Shown here piece by piece: positions 29,685 through 39,686 of a stretch of 49,883 nucleotides of DNA (its first letter is position 1; the number at the start of each line of letters is the position of its first letter). The position numbers and the translations under genes were made by a program. Under the pieces are notes generated by a model. That model saw nothing but the letters and a program-made list of their open reading frames with translations. It searched no databases and was not told the origin of the DNA. Origin of the DNA: Nitrososphaerales archaeon (lineage in GTDB: Archaea; Thermoproteota; Nitrososphaeria; Nitrososphaerales; Nitrososphaeraceae); contig JARBAW010000031.1 of the NCBI GenBank assembly GCA_029237505.1, forward strand, positions 1 through 49,883, in the 5' to 3' direction.

Positions 29685-30962
29685 TTGTTGTTTAGACGTA
29701 AAATGATGAGGAAGTATATGTTTATTTTATCTTTCATTTACGTATTCTATTTAGTAATTTTGGGCAGTAATCAAACATATCAGCACCAGGTTTTTGGCCA
29801 ATCTTCCGGACAGACTCAGATTCCATCCGGTTCCGAATTGACACTGCCAAATCTATTTGCGTCGGCATCAAAGTCGGTAGTTCAGGTTACCATTATAGAT
29901 CCACAATCAGGTTCCCAACAAGGTATTGGGTCTGGTTTTGTTTATGATTCAGCAGGCCACATAGCTACAAACAATCATGTAGTTGCTTTTAATTTTGGAA
30001 ATAATGAATATATCGTGACATTCTTAAATGGCAATGCATATGAAGCATCTTTAGTTGGTAACGATCCTTTCAGTGATCTGGCTGTCCTAAAGTTATTGAA
30101 TCCTAAGGCAACCGATGTTCATCCTTTAACCCTCAGTACCTCTTTACCACTTGTTGGAGATACAGCTGTGGCAATAGGGAACCCATTTGGATTATCGGGT
30201 TCGTTAACTGTCGGCGTCATTAGTGCGGTTGGCAGATTGTTGCCTACTTCTGGAGGACAAGATTCTCAATTTATGGGCTCAACAGCATCAAGTTTTGACA
30301 TTCCAGATGTAATTCAAACTGATGCCGCGATTAATCCTGGAAACTCCGGGGGTCCTCTTTTAAATATGAAAAATGAAGTTATTGGAATTAATTCTGCCAT
30401 TTATTCTAATACAGGATCTAATGCTGGAATTGGTTTTGCAATACCATCAAGTACTATCAAGAAAGTTGTACAGTCTATTATTACTTCAGGAGAATATCAA
30501 CATCCTTATCTGGGAGTAACAGGTGTGGACGTTACTCCACAGCTCGCCAAAATATTTGGATTGGTTGATGCAAAAGGCTTTTTAGTTACAGACATCACAC
30601 CAGGTAGTCCGGCATCCAGAGCAGGGTTTCGCACAGGAGGTGTGACGTACGATCAACAAGGTCAAATTACAAATTCATATGGGGATATCATTATCAAAAT
30701 AGATGGTAATGATGTACGTAAAATAGATGATATTCTCACATACTTGGAAAGAGAAAAGAAAGTTAATGATACCGTTACTCTGACAGTGATCAGAGATAAT
30801 CAATTGACAGATCTCAGTATGGTCCTTGGAGCAAGACCTACTCAGCAAGAAGATCTGGCTGCCGGCGAATTTGGAGATCAATCAGCACCAGAACTTGGAG
30901 GGGAATACTCAGAATGTCCAAGTTATGTGCCACAAAGTTTGTGTGACTTGTTTGCACAATAA
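29685..30962 (+). CDS. HtrA/DegP-like trypsin serine protease with PDZ domain
   Basis: GSGF, TNNHVV, DLAV, QTDAAINPGNSGGPL, PDZ domain and N-terminal signal/TM segment. Confidence 0.95.
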   Translation: MLFRRKMMRKYMFILSFIYVFYLVILGSNQTYQHQVFGQSSGQTQIPSGSELTLPNLFASASKSVVQVTIIDPQSGSQQGIGSGFVYDSAGHIATNNHVVAFNFGNNEYIVTFLNGNAYEASLVGNDPFSDLAVLKLLNPKATDVHPLTLSTSLPLVGDTAVAIGNPFGLSGSLTVGVISAVGRLLPTSGGQDSQFMGSTASSFDIPDVIQTDAAINPGNSGGPLLNMKNEVIGINSAIYSNTGSNAGIGFAIPSSTIKKVVQSIITSGEYQHPYLGVTGVDVTPQLAKIFGLVDAKGFLVTDITPGSPASRAGFRTGGVTYDQQGQITNSYGDIIIKIDGNDVRKIDDILTYLEREKKVNDTVTLTVIRDNQLTDLSMVLGARPTQQEDLAAGEFGDQSAPELGGEYSECPSYVPQSLCDLFAQ

Positions 30963-31259
30963 AGTTTGGTATAACCCATCAAATCTATTGCTCACAGAAT
31001 ATGCCAAGCTTCAGAATTTAGATAATTTAAAATTCTTATCGTAAGTTTCACGACTAGAATAGGAACCACGCTTGGAAATCGAGTATTTTGCCATATAATA
31101 CAAAACAAATTGTCTGGTTTTATCCATTTTTCAGCCTTTTCATTATTCGCTTATTGTATTCGTCTTGATATCAATATATTTTCTTATTTAATCACTAATT
31201 ATGCCAATCCTCTTTATGGAAAAGCTATGTTTATTAATATCAAATCAAATATTTGAATT

Positions 31260-31625
31260 ATGGAAGACATGGTTGGAATGTTTGCCCAGAAGATGGGAAT
31301 CCCTCCAGAACTTGCCAGAATGGGATTGTCCTTGGTATCCAAATACTTTCTTCAGAATTCAAATCCAAATGAAGCATCAGGATTGCTTTCCTCATTGCCC
31401 GGCCTATCGGACATGTTTTCTGACGATGAAAGGAGACAATTCACAACAAGGCAAGACAATGTCCCGCATGAAGATCTTCTTGCAATGCTAAGGAATCAAC
31501 TTGGCAGCGATAACGCACAATCACAAAGATTCTTCGAAGAAGGTACTAAACTCCTGAAGGAAAGAACAGGACAACAAGGATTGTTTGATAATATCATGCG
31601 CAATCAAAAGAAGAGTAGCTTCTAA
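31260..31625 (+). CDS. Hypothetical helical protein
   Basis: 121-aa ATG ORF with natural composition, followed by a T-rich tract. Confidence 0.7.
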   Translation: MEDMVGMFAQKMGIPPELARMGLSLVSKYFLQNSNPNEASGLLSSLPGLSDMFSDDERRQFTTRQDNVPHEDLLAMLRNQLGSDNAQSQRFFEEGTKLLKERTGQQGLFDNIMRNQKKSSF

Positions 31626-31690
31626 TCCATTATCCTTATTTTTTTGTGATGGAATAGATATTGAAACTGTACCAAAGTTATTGTTCCTAT

Positions 31691-31813
31691 TTAAGGTATT
31701 AAATAGACCAGAAAACTTGCAGCCACTACAGCAGCAATGATCAAGATAGTTATCAAAACTCCCTTTTTAGTTGTTCTTTTCTTATTTTCAGGAACGTCAC
31801 CATTTTGCGTCAA
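31691..31813 (-). CDS. 40-aa single-TM microprotein
   Basis: Manual translation MTQNGDVPENKKRTTKKGVLITILIIAAVVAASFLVYLIP (TTG start). TTTATATA box about 24 nt upstream. Confidence 0.65.
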   Translation of the reverse strand: MTQNGDVPENKKRTTKKGVLITILIIAAVVAASFLVYLIP

Positions 31814-32000
31814 GGATATATAATGAAAAATGTGTGTATATAAATATCACATGACTGTTTAATTTAGAGTTGAATTGTAAACAATAATGGATAATTATTA
31901 TAAAAAATCGTTTGGTTATTGGTTAAATTGGAAAGGAGGAAACATCTAGGATCCAGTAGACGACTTGTAAATTTTGAAACTACGCACAGAAAAAACTAAT

Positions 32001-32028
32001 ATATCGCTAGCGATATTACTAGTGATAT
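32001..32028. promoter_or_regulatory. Tandem palindromic operator at the PadR gene promoter/start
   Basis: Perfect ATATCGCTAGCGATAT (32001-32016) overlapping near-perfect ATATTACTAGTGATAT (32013-32028). Confidence 0.7.
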
Positions 32029-32536
32029 GTTATCTAATTGGCTTGCCAGAGTTGGCAGTGCTATTCCAAGGGGCTTTTCACGTCATTATATTCTCGGTCT
32101 GCTCGAAGAAGAGCCCATGACCGGCAAGGAGATAATTGATAGAGCTATTTTGCAAAGTGGGGGAAAATGGAAACCGTCGCCTGGTTTGATATATCCAATG
32201 TTAGGTAGGTTATTAGAAGAGGGTCTCATAAGCGAGACTGATAGTGGCAAGTACAAAATCACATCAAGAGGTATCGATATGGCTGCAGATGCCGATTCAG
32301 TTCATAATATTATGCAAAAGCAATTGGATGTAGTAATGAAAGTTGGGAACGTTGGCAAGTTTATGGCAATGGACATGATAGACAGGTTATCAGCTATTGG
32401 ATTAACTCTGAGTTCTAATTTGGATAAAATGACTGAACAAGAGAGAGAAAAGTATAAACTGTTTTTGGTTAGCGAGCTCAGGAAATTACAAGAACAAGAA
32501 GGAAAGAAAGACGACTTGAGAATTGACTCCGAATAG
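32027..32536 (+). CDS. PadR family transcriptional regulator
   Basis: ILGLLEEEPMTGKEI, WKPSPGLIYPML and YKITSRG. Confidence 0.93.
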   Translation: MLSNWLARVGSAIPRGFSRHYILGLLEEEPMTGKEIIDRAILQSGGKWKPSPGLIYPMLGRLLEEGLISETDSGKYKITSRGIDMAADADSVHNIMQKQLDVVMKVGNVGKFMAMDMIDRLSAIGLTLSSNLDKMTEQEREKYKLFLVSELRKLQEQEGKKDDLRIDSE

Positions 32537-32569
32537 GTAAAATCACTGAAATAGCTAGGTAGATTAAAT

Positions 32570-32914
32570 ATGGTATTTGAATGTGTCAAAAGAGTCAACG
32601 AGCTCGTTAAGCGTATGGGTCAGTTAGAGGATAATATTGCTATCGAAACTGAATACGTAAAGGAGGTTTATTCAAAGGCTAGCAGAGCTATGTCTGAATC
32701 ACAGCATTATTTCCTAAATGGTGTTCAAGCATCACCTGTAACAAAATCCTATCTGTTGACTAGAAAAGGTATCGAAGTCGTTGGTGAAGAGGCTATTCCG
32801 ATTTCCGCCTTTATTGATCAGGCACTTGACTTTGCAAATTATCCCAAGAAGAAGATTGAAGTTTTGATGGTATTGGCCAAACATCTAGAAGCAATGCCTA
32901 TGAACTTATCGTAA
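32570..32914 (+). CDS. Hypothetical protein, probably co-transcribed with PadR
   Basis: 114-aa ATG ORF starting 33 nt downstream of the PadR gene. Confidence 0.7.
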   Translation: MVFECVKRVNELVKRMGQLEDNIAIETEYVKEVYSKASRAMSESQHYFLNGVQASPVTKSYLLTRKGIEVVGEEAIPISAFIDQALDFANYPKKKIEVLMVLAKHLEAMPMNLS

Positions 32915-32985
32915 TTAAAATAGTAAGCGTAACTGTTAAATGGGAACGTTATGAAACAATTTCCTAAATTATTACTTACTTTGGT

Positions 32986-33300
32986 CTAATTGCTAAAAAA
33001 ATACAAAACCAATATTTCTTTAGTGTTTCCGTAGAACTTGTGTTCTACTTCGGCGGGTACAAAAATGAATAGGTCTTTTTTTAGTGAATACGATTTTTTT
33101 CCTATTTCTATAAATCCATCTCCCTCTAAAACCAAATACACTTCATCTGATGAATGTGGCTCTTGCGTATCCTGCTCACCTGGTCTTAATCTCAGAATAC
33201 CAGCCTGCAAATGCTCAAGTTCAAAGAAATTAAGAAAACCAGAATTATCCAAATCCATTTTAGGAATAAGGTTTCTTATATCGATTAATTTTTCATTCAT
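32986..33300 (-). CDS. Cupin domain protein
   Basis: QEPHSSDEVYLVLEG and FVPAEVEHKF cupin motifs. Confidence 0.9.
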   Translation of the reverse strand: MNEKLIDIRNLIPKMDLDNSGFLNFFELEHLQAGILRLRPGEQDTQEPHSSDEVYLVLEGDGFIEIGKKSYSLKKDLFIFVPAEVEHKFYGNTKEILVLYFFSN

Positions 33301-33632
33301 TTAGATATCTAACATTAGAAGTAGAATATAACGTGATCATAAAGGTCTCCACAAATCTCATAAAGTGCGGCATTACCACTTTATCAAATTTTACCTTGAA
33401 ATTCATACCTACAATCATTGGGAAATATTTTTGCTAACAGAATACTAACCAGTAATAAATCAGTCTCAATTTTTATATTAGAAAAAAATTCTATGATCTT
33501 TTCTAGCAAATACTAAACGTATCTTTGTATGTTATCTCTTTAGGAATTAGATTCTTGCATTCAATTATTCAATTTTCTTATTAAATTTGTTAAAGCATTC
33601 TAAATATACTTAGTATTAAATCTCATAATGGA

Positions 33633-33980
33633 TTGGACAAGGGCAAAAAATATCATTCACTGGTCGTTTCTTCCATTATTGCTATTAGTATTACTATCTT
33701 TATTTCAGCTCAATCTTCTTATGCGTCAGGGATAACGATCTATTCTCCATATTGGATGGACTATGAAAAGGACATCGGAGCTCCTTATTTTAAATACTGT
33801 GGTATTTTTGATTCTTGTTTTAAAAACGAAATAAGGCTGTTTCCTTTCTTGCCATTGACTACAAGTCAGCAAGACGTTGAGATAGACGAAGACGCCAGTG
33901 AAAGAAATACTGTATCATCTATATTGCCGCCAAAAAAAACTATAACATCTATAATACCATTTGAGTTGCCATTTCCATAA
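33633..33980 (+). CDS. Hypothetical secreted protein with C-terminal PFELPFP
   Basis: Signal peptide ending SYA, with a hydrophobic Pro-rich terminus. Confidence 0.6.
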   Translation: MDKGKKYHSLVVSSIIAISITIFISAQSSYASGITIYSPYWMDYEKDIGAPYFKYCGIFDSCFKNEIRLFPFLPLTTSQQDVEIDEDASERNTVSSILPPKKTITSIIPFELPFP

Positions 33981-34307
33981 TCCTTAATTTAATGTGATGC
34001 TTGGATAAAAGAATCCCGGCTTGTAATCTAGTAATAAGGAACGATAATTGCTCTAGATCTGTCTCTTGTAAATTCATTCATTATTTTTGAATGGCCAATT
34101 CAGAAAGAATGAATACTTTTATTAAAAAAGGTGCTGTACCGAAAAAAACTAAGATATCGAACACGATTGAAAAAAGAAGAATGTCTTTGTGAAATGTCAT
34201 CAGGGAGAATAACAGTCATATACAAATCAAAATATGACATTCATAAAATAACAACACTCTTGGATGATTATCTTTATAGGTCTGACTGTACGAAAAATTG
34301 ATGAGAA

Positions 34308-34610
34308 ATGTCCACTATTGATTATGATAAAGCTGTACATTTAATTGTACACGGACAAAGAAACTTGACAGAGTCTATTAAGAATAAACTTGCCTCATTA
34401 GGATTTGCAGATGAAAAGTTAGTTCCAGCAACCTTGGAAAAAGCGGGAAATGTTGGTGAATATGTAGCAATGGCCTGGCCACCGATGCATGCCACCGAAA
34501 TTATTCTTAGTGAGATCACCGGACTTAATCAAGGAGAATCGAAAAACAATGCCATGGGAGCTTGGTCTAACATCAGCCAAAAAGAAGTCTCAAGAATTCC
34601 ACTATCATGA
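34308..34610 (+). CDS. Hypothetical protein
   Basis: 100-aa ATG ORF with a TTTATAG box upstream. Confidence 0.7.
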   Translation: MSTIDYDKAVHLIVHGQRNLTESIKNKLASLGFADEKLVPATLEKAGNVGEYVAMAWPPMHATEIILSEITGLNQGESKNNAMGAWSNISQKEVSRIPLS

Positions 34611-34753
34611 ATGAAATGACAGTGAGGTTGTATCAAAATGAAACCGCATTATCGCGTCCACTATTATGAATCTCATATTTCTTGAATATGCATCTTATTG
34701 GAAATATCTGATAATGCGATATATTTTTAGCCTTCAAAGGACTTATTATTCTT

Positions 34754-34939
34754 ATGAAAAATAATATTTGTTCCCTATGTAATTCTCAGACTACTACAAA
34801 GGAATGTCCTAATTGTGGAAAACCGGTATGTAAAGAATGCTCGAAAAGTTTTCCTTTTTCTGAAGATGTTTGTATAGAATGCGCGTCAAAAGTTAAATCC
34901 GGACTGGGAGGTATGCGAAAGGATGAGGAAATCTTCTAA
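34754..34939 (+). CDS. Small multi-CxxC zinc-finger protein
   Basis: Four CxxC pairs (CSLC, CPNC, CKEC, CIEC) in 61 aa. Confidence 0.75.
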   Translation: MKNNICSLCNSQTTTKECPNCGKPVCKECSKSFPFSEDVCIECASKVKSGLGGMRKDEEIF

Positions 34940-34991
34940 TCATCTAATATCTATTAGATGAAAGTATGTTGTATTGTTACCTTCTAAAATA

Positions 34992-35774
34992 CTATTTTGA
35001 TTTATCTGCTATTCTATATCCGTGTGTAAACTGTTTATCATAGACTTTTGAAAATTCATAGCTGCTTGGATTGATAACATTCCCAACAATGATAATAGCG
35101 GTTTTGGTTATTTTGGCTTCCCTAACTTTTTCCACAATGTTGCCAAGAGTTCCTATTATTATTTTTTCATCTTCCCATGTGGCTCTATAGACAACAGCCA
35201 CTGGAGTAGTAGTTTGATAGGAACCAGACTTTAGCAATTCTTCTACTATGTTTCTTATTAGGTGAACACTGAGATAGAAAGCCATGGTCGCACCATGTGA
35301 TGCTAGGTTGGAAATTCTTTCTCCTTCGGGCACAGGTGTTCTAAGTTCGGCTCTAGTGATGATAAGTGTTTGAGTGATTCCAGGAAGGGTTAACTCCAAG
35401 TTGAGAGATGAAGCGGCTCCTAATATCGCAGTAATACCCGGTACCACCTTACACTTTATTCCATCTAAATTTAGTTTATCAATTTGCTCCCTGATTGTAC
35501 TAAATAATGCGGGATCTCCGTCATGAAAACGAATTGCAAGCTTTCCTTGCTTTGTCGAGTCTCTTAATATTTCATAAATCTTTATTCTGTCCAATAGTGC
35601 AGCGTCATGAAGCATTGCGCCGTCTTTGGCATATTCAAGTAGTTTGGGGTTGAGTAACGATCCTGAATATACTACGACATCTGCACTTTCCAGCAGCTTT
35701 TTTGCCTTTAAAGTTATAAGCTCTGGATCACCTGGGCCCGAGCCTACGAAGTAAACAGTGTTAGAATCAATCAT
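34992..35774 (-). CDS. cbiF: Precorrin-4/cobalt-precorrin-4 C11-methyltransferase
   Basis: VYFVGSGPGDPELIT, YSGSL, HDGDP, ELTLPGITQTLI and YRATWEDE. Confidence 0.93.
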   Translation of the reverse strand: MIDSNTVYFVGSGPGDPELITLKAKKLLESADVVVYSGSLLNPKLLEYAKDGAMLHDAALLDRIKIYEILRDSTKQGKLAIRFHDGDPALFSTIREQIDKLNLDGIKCKVVPGITAILGAASSLNLELTLPGITQTLIITRAELRTPVPEGERISNLASHGATMAFYLSVHLIRNIVEELLKSGSYQTTTPVAVVYRATWEDEKIIIGTLGNIVEKVREAKITKTAIIIVGNVINPSSYEFSKVYDKQFTHGYRIADKSK

Positions 35775-36489
35775 TTTTTCTTGCCACCATTATAGAAAAG
35801 TATTTTCCAGCCGGATTTTTTGTGTTTCGCAATTCTTTTAATTTCCTTGTTTCTAAAATCTCTTCATCCGCAGTTACATCCTGGGCAATAGTAATCATTG
35901 ACTCATCGCCAAAACCCGTTTCAGATAAGATTTCAATTACACTGTCAAAATATCGTCCGTCTTTGAGGAATATTATAGAATCGCAGGATTCTACTGTGTG
36001 TTTAATTTTGTTTAAATCATAGCATGCAGGAACAATACCAAGGGTTTGATCACCTTCTACTAAACTCATTCTTGCTTGAGCAGCGAAAGCAAAGAAGGAT
36101 GGGACTCCTGGAATGATCTCAATGTCAATGTCGTTATGCTTTTCTTTCAATTCTCTGTGAATATGATTCCATGTGCTGTACAGTGACGGATCTCCTACTG
36201 TTAGGTAAACACAATTTTTTCCAGAATGGATGGCATCCGCAATTTTCTGGGAATTAATTTTCCACTGCGATTTTAGCAAGTCCTTGTCCTTTGTCATCGG
36301 AAAAATTAGATTTGTAATACTAGTCCTTGATTCATCGATGTATTTTTTCGCTATTGATAGTGCAATACTGGGTTTACCTTCCTTAGACGTTGGGGTAAAA
36401 ATGGCATCTGCCTTTTTGATTCTGTCAACAGCTTTTACTGTCAGTAATTCCGGATCTCCGGGTCCGCAGCCTATGCATGAAAGCTTCAT
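35767..36489 (-). CDS. cbiL: Precorrin-2/cobalt-factor II C20-methyltransferase
   Basis: GCGPGDPELLTVKA, FPMTKD, GDPSLYST and terminal YFSIM. Confidence 0.92.
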   Translation of the reverse strand: MKLSCIGCGPGDPELLTVKAVDRIKKADAIFTPTSKEGKPSIALSIAKKYIDESRTSITNLIFPMTKDKDLLKSQWKINSQKIADAIHSGKNCVYLTVGDPSLYSTWNHIHRELKEKHNDIDIEIIPGVPSFFAFAAQARMSLVEGDQTLGIVPACYDLNKIKHTVESCDSIIFLKDGRYFDSVIEILSETGFGDESMITIAQDVTADEEILETRKLKELRNTKNPAGKYFSIMVARKND

Positions 36490-36603
36490 GATTTCACTTT
36501 TAAAAAATTGTGTAATTTAAAGTAAAAAGAAATTAATCCTGACAAGAGCGCTAATAGACATATCTGGTGGTAGTCTATGACAATCAAGTCGAGTCTGAAA
36601 TCT

Positions 36604-37191
36604 TTATTTTGTGGCAGACAAAATGAGTATCGGATTTCTCGAAACAAGCATTGTCCCACTTGCCACGTTTTTTCCTTTGGCTATCATGACTTGGGTAATT
36701 TCAATATCTCGCAACTTCTGCCTTTTGACTGTCTTTAAGGCTTTGTACATTGTCTCAACAAGTATGGTATCTACAACAAGTCTCCCGTCCTTCTTTAATC
36801 CAGAAATACAAAGCTCTATTATTTTTTCAGTCTTCCCCTTCGTTCCGCCTACAATAATTGCGTCAGATTCCGGAAGCGAGGGTAGAACTTGTTCAGCTTT
36901 AGAATGAATTAGGTGTGCAGAAACCCCAAATTTGTCCAAATTTTTTTTCGTTAGTTCTATGGCATTCTTATCAGAGTCTATTGCGTAAACATTCTTAGAA
37001 TTTACCTGCAGACAGATCTCCACAGTGATACTGCCGCTTCCACATCCTACGTCTATTACAGATTGTTTTTTTCTTAGACGCATTTTACTTAAAACAATCG
37101 AACGAATGTCCTCCTTGGTTATTGGAACATTTTCAGAACGTTCGAATAGTTCATCAGGTATACCTGGAGTTGTATAGTTCCAAATCATCAA
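36604..37191 (-). CDS. cbiT: Cobalt-precorrin-6B C15-methyltransferase (decarboxylating)
   Basis: PGIPDELF, PITKEDIR, DVGCGSGS and RNPI. Confidence 0.93.
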   Translation of the reverse strand: MMIWNYTTPGIPDELFERSENVPITKEDIRSIVLSKMRLRKKQSVIDVGCGSGSITVEICLQVNSKNVYAIDSDKNAIELTKKNLDKFGVSAHLIHSKAEQVLPSLPESDAIIVGGTKGKTEKIIELCISGLKKDGRLVVDTILVETMYKALKTVKRQKLRDIEITQVMIAKGKNVASGTMLVSRNPILILSATK

Positions 37192-37236
37192 GCCTAGATA
37201 AAATACCCTGAAATTAATTTGTTTTAGGTTATTGCC

Positions 37237-37530
37237 TCAAGTCCGTAGACCCGTGTATGTAACAATCGTGAACATGATAAGTAAAAAAATAAAGGGAAAG
37301 ACACCATTGGTAGAAACTTTCTTCCTATCTTCAGTTTTCAATCTTAAACCCATTTTTTTTGCAGCAATATACGAAATAATATAGAACAATAATCCGAGCA
37401 TAATGATAATGCCAACTGAGCCTGGCACCACGCCAGGAAGTTGATAAGTGCTAAATATTATACCAAGAACTATACCACAGAAAACCCCCATGATGGCCCT
37501 CATATAGTATATCTTATCCAGTAGATCCAA
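37237..37530 (-). CDS. 3-TM membrane protein, EMC6/Rab5ip-like
   Basis: YYMRAIMGVFCGIVLGI / LFYIISY / TNGVFPFIFLLIMFTIVTYT pattern. Confidence 0.6.
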   Translation of the reverse strand: MDLLDKIYYMRAIMGVFCGIVLGIIFSTYQLPGVVPGSVGIIIMLGLLFYIISYIAAKKMGLRLKTEDRKKVSTNGVFPFIFLLIMFTIVTYTGLRT

Positions 37531-37621
37531 TTGCTTTCATCACATTAAATGGAGGTTTAATTCTTTTCGATTGGCGTTTGGATTTTTTAGTTAATATTCA
37601 TCCTCATCTACAGTCATTTAC

Positions 37622-39601
37622 ATGGAATTATCAGGGATAGAGCTTCATTTTCTGGTTAACAAGATAAGCTCAATGGTGACATCTGAATTTTACGTAAGCA
37701 GTGTTTCATCCATCACTAAGAATTCCATCCTTTTGAAATTGCATCATCCAATTCACCCTGATATCATGCTAATGGTTTCTACCAAGGGGATTTGGATAAC
37801 TAATAAGAAATACAAACAGGTTGAAGAAACCCAATTTACAAAGGTAATAAGTCGGGAAATAGAAAGAGCAAAAATAAATTCCCTATCTCAACCGGGCAGC
37901 GAGAGGATTTATTTTATCCATTTTGCAGGCAGAGATGATAAAGTTAGAATACTCGTTGTTGAAATCTTCGGAAAAGGGAATTTCATTTTATGCGACGAAA
38001 CAATGAAGATAATTTGGATCTTAAATTCAATTGAAGTAAGGCACAGGACTCTAAAGGCTGGGTTAAAATATGCCCTTCCTCCTAATAGGGGCGAAGATGT
38101 TCTACGCATAAGTGTAGAAGGTTTATCAAAAAACCTCAGTCAGGTACCAGAAAATATTGAAGTTGTAAAATGGTTAGGTAAATCAACATCTTTACCAAGG
38201 AAATATGTTGATGAAATAATATCTGAATCCGGAATTGATAAAAAGTTAGTTAACCAGCTTAGTAATGGGGATATTGAAGTTATCTATAAAGAGACCAAAG
38301 AATTAACTGATAGAGTATTAGATGAAAAAAATCACGAACCATCAGTTATTGTAGATGGTTTAGGCGTAGCAATAGATGCCTCCCCTATTTCGATGTCAAA
38401 AGAATCCAACTCAACGGGAGTTGAGACATTCATGGAGGCAATAGATCAGGTTCTGAGTAACGAGATTTTGTCAATAGGACGTAGCCTGAAAACTGAAGAA
38501 ACAGACAGGAAAATACAAGAACTAGAACATGACCTGGCAGAGCAAGACAAGGCAAAAATGAACGTTGTTTTGAAATCAAAGAGTCTTAGAAGTATCGCTC
38601 ATGATTTGATGAAACTTTCCTCTTTTGGTATCACGGATATGAACGATAAATCTGTCAAGTCATTTTTGGAAAAAAATAATTCAAAGATTTTCCAAGAAAA
38701 TGGAATTACCTATGTTGATATACTTGATGAAAAAGTAAAGTTAGAATCAAGTATTCCGAAATTTTCATCATTGTTGTTTTCTAGAGCCAAAGAGTTAGAA
38801 CGTGGTGCAACCAATATTGATAAAGCAAGTGAAGAACTTCAATCAAGAATTGAAAAATTGCGGGGTCAGACTCAAAAAATTCACGAAAAAATTCAATTCA
38901 GTACTTTGGAATCAAAACAATGGTACGAAAGATACCGATGGTTTTTGACTACCGACGGTCATCTGGTTATTGGTGGAAGAGACGCATCCTCCAATTCGGC
39001 AGTGATTCGCAAACATATGAGTGAGGATGATATAATATTTCATGCGGAAATTCATGGATCTCCTTTTTTCCTTGTAAAGAATGCAAAAAGCAATGACAAT
39101 GAGTCTCCCAATTACATTGACGAGGCTGCCCAAGCTACTGTGTCATTCAGTAGGGCCTGGAAAGATGGACTTTCAAGTGGAGATGCTTATTGGGTATTCC
39201 CTAATCAGGTAAAGAAAGGAGCTCCTACGGGCCAGTTTCTTCCAAAAGGCTCCTTTGTCATTGAAGGTAAAAGAAATTTTTGCAGGGGCATTGAGCTTAA
39301 ATTATCTGTCGGACTAGTTAAAATTGAAAATAGATATACTATTGTTTCTGGACCGATAAATGCAATCAAGAAGCGCAGTTTGGTATATGCTTCGTTATTA
39401 CCTGGCGGATCTGATCCAATGAATCTGGCCAAGAAACTCAAAAGCGAATTTGTGAGAGTAATTTCTGAATTTGATTCTGATTTATCGGATTATCTAAAAA
39501 AAGTCCTGCTGGATGATTTCATTAGAGTATTGCCAACAGGACAATCAAAGATAGAACGTATGGAAAGAGGCCAATCGGTAAATGATGTAAAGATCAGTTA
39601 G
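37622..39601 (+). CDS. rqcH: NFACT-family ribosome quality control protein (archaeal RqcH/NEMF homologue)
   Basis: EIFGKGNFIL, WYERYRWF, GGRDASSN, FHAEIHGSP and GSFVIEGKRN. Confidence 0.92.
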   Translation: MELSGIELHFLVNKISSMVTSEFYVSSVSSITKNSILLKLHHPIHPDIMLMVSTKGIWITNKKYKQVEETQFTKVISREIERAKINSLSQPGSERIYFIHFAGRDDKVRILVVEIFGKGNFILCDETMKIIWILNSIEVRHRTLKAGLKYALPPNRGEDVLRISVEGLSKNLSQVPENIEVVKWLGKSTSLPRKYVDEIISESGIDKKLVNQLSNGDIEVIYKETKELTDRVLDEKNHEPSVIVDGLGVAIDASPISMSKESNSTGVETFMEAIDQVLSNEILSIGRSLKTEETDRKIQELEHDLAEQDKAKMNVVLKSKSLRSIAHDLMKLSSFGITDMNDKSVKSFLEKNNSKIFQENGITYVDILDEKVKLESSIPKFSSLLFSRAKELERGATNIDKASEELQSRIEKLRGQTQKIHEKIQFSTLESKQWYERYRWFLTTDGHLVIGGRDASSNSAVIRKHMSEDDIIFHAEIHGSPFFLVKNAKSNDNESPNYIDEAAQATVSFSRAWKDGLSSGDAYWVFPNQVKKGAPTGQFLPKGSFVIEGKRNFCRGIELKLSVGLVKIENRYTIVSGPINAIKKRSLVYASLLPGGSDPMNLAKKLKSEFVRVISEFDSDLSDYLKKVLLDDFIRVLPTGQSKIERMERGQSVNDVKIS

Positions 39602-39686
39602 CTTTGTCTGGAGATTGTTTTAGTAATCTTATCACTCTTGAAAGTGGATCAGAAAGACAATTAAACCGAACTGGATAAATTATCAT

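Noticed and set aside
34081-34200. 39-aa hydrophobic minus-strand ORF (MTFHKDILLFSIVF...)
   Set aside because: The hydrophobicity is explained by T-rich sequence, and competing short ORFs exist in other frames.
36490-36603. Cobalamin riboswitch or guide RNA between cbiT and cbiL (hairpin ATAGAC...GTCTAT, terminal CTGA)
   Set aside because: No B12-box motifs, only one short stem and no convincing C box.
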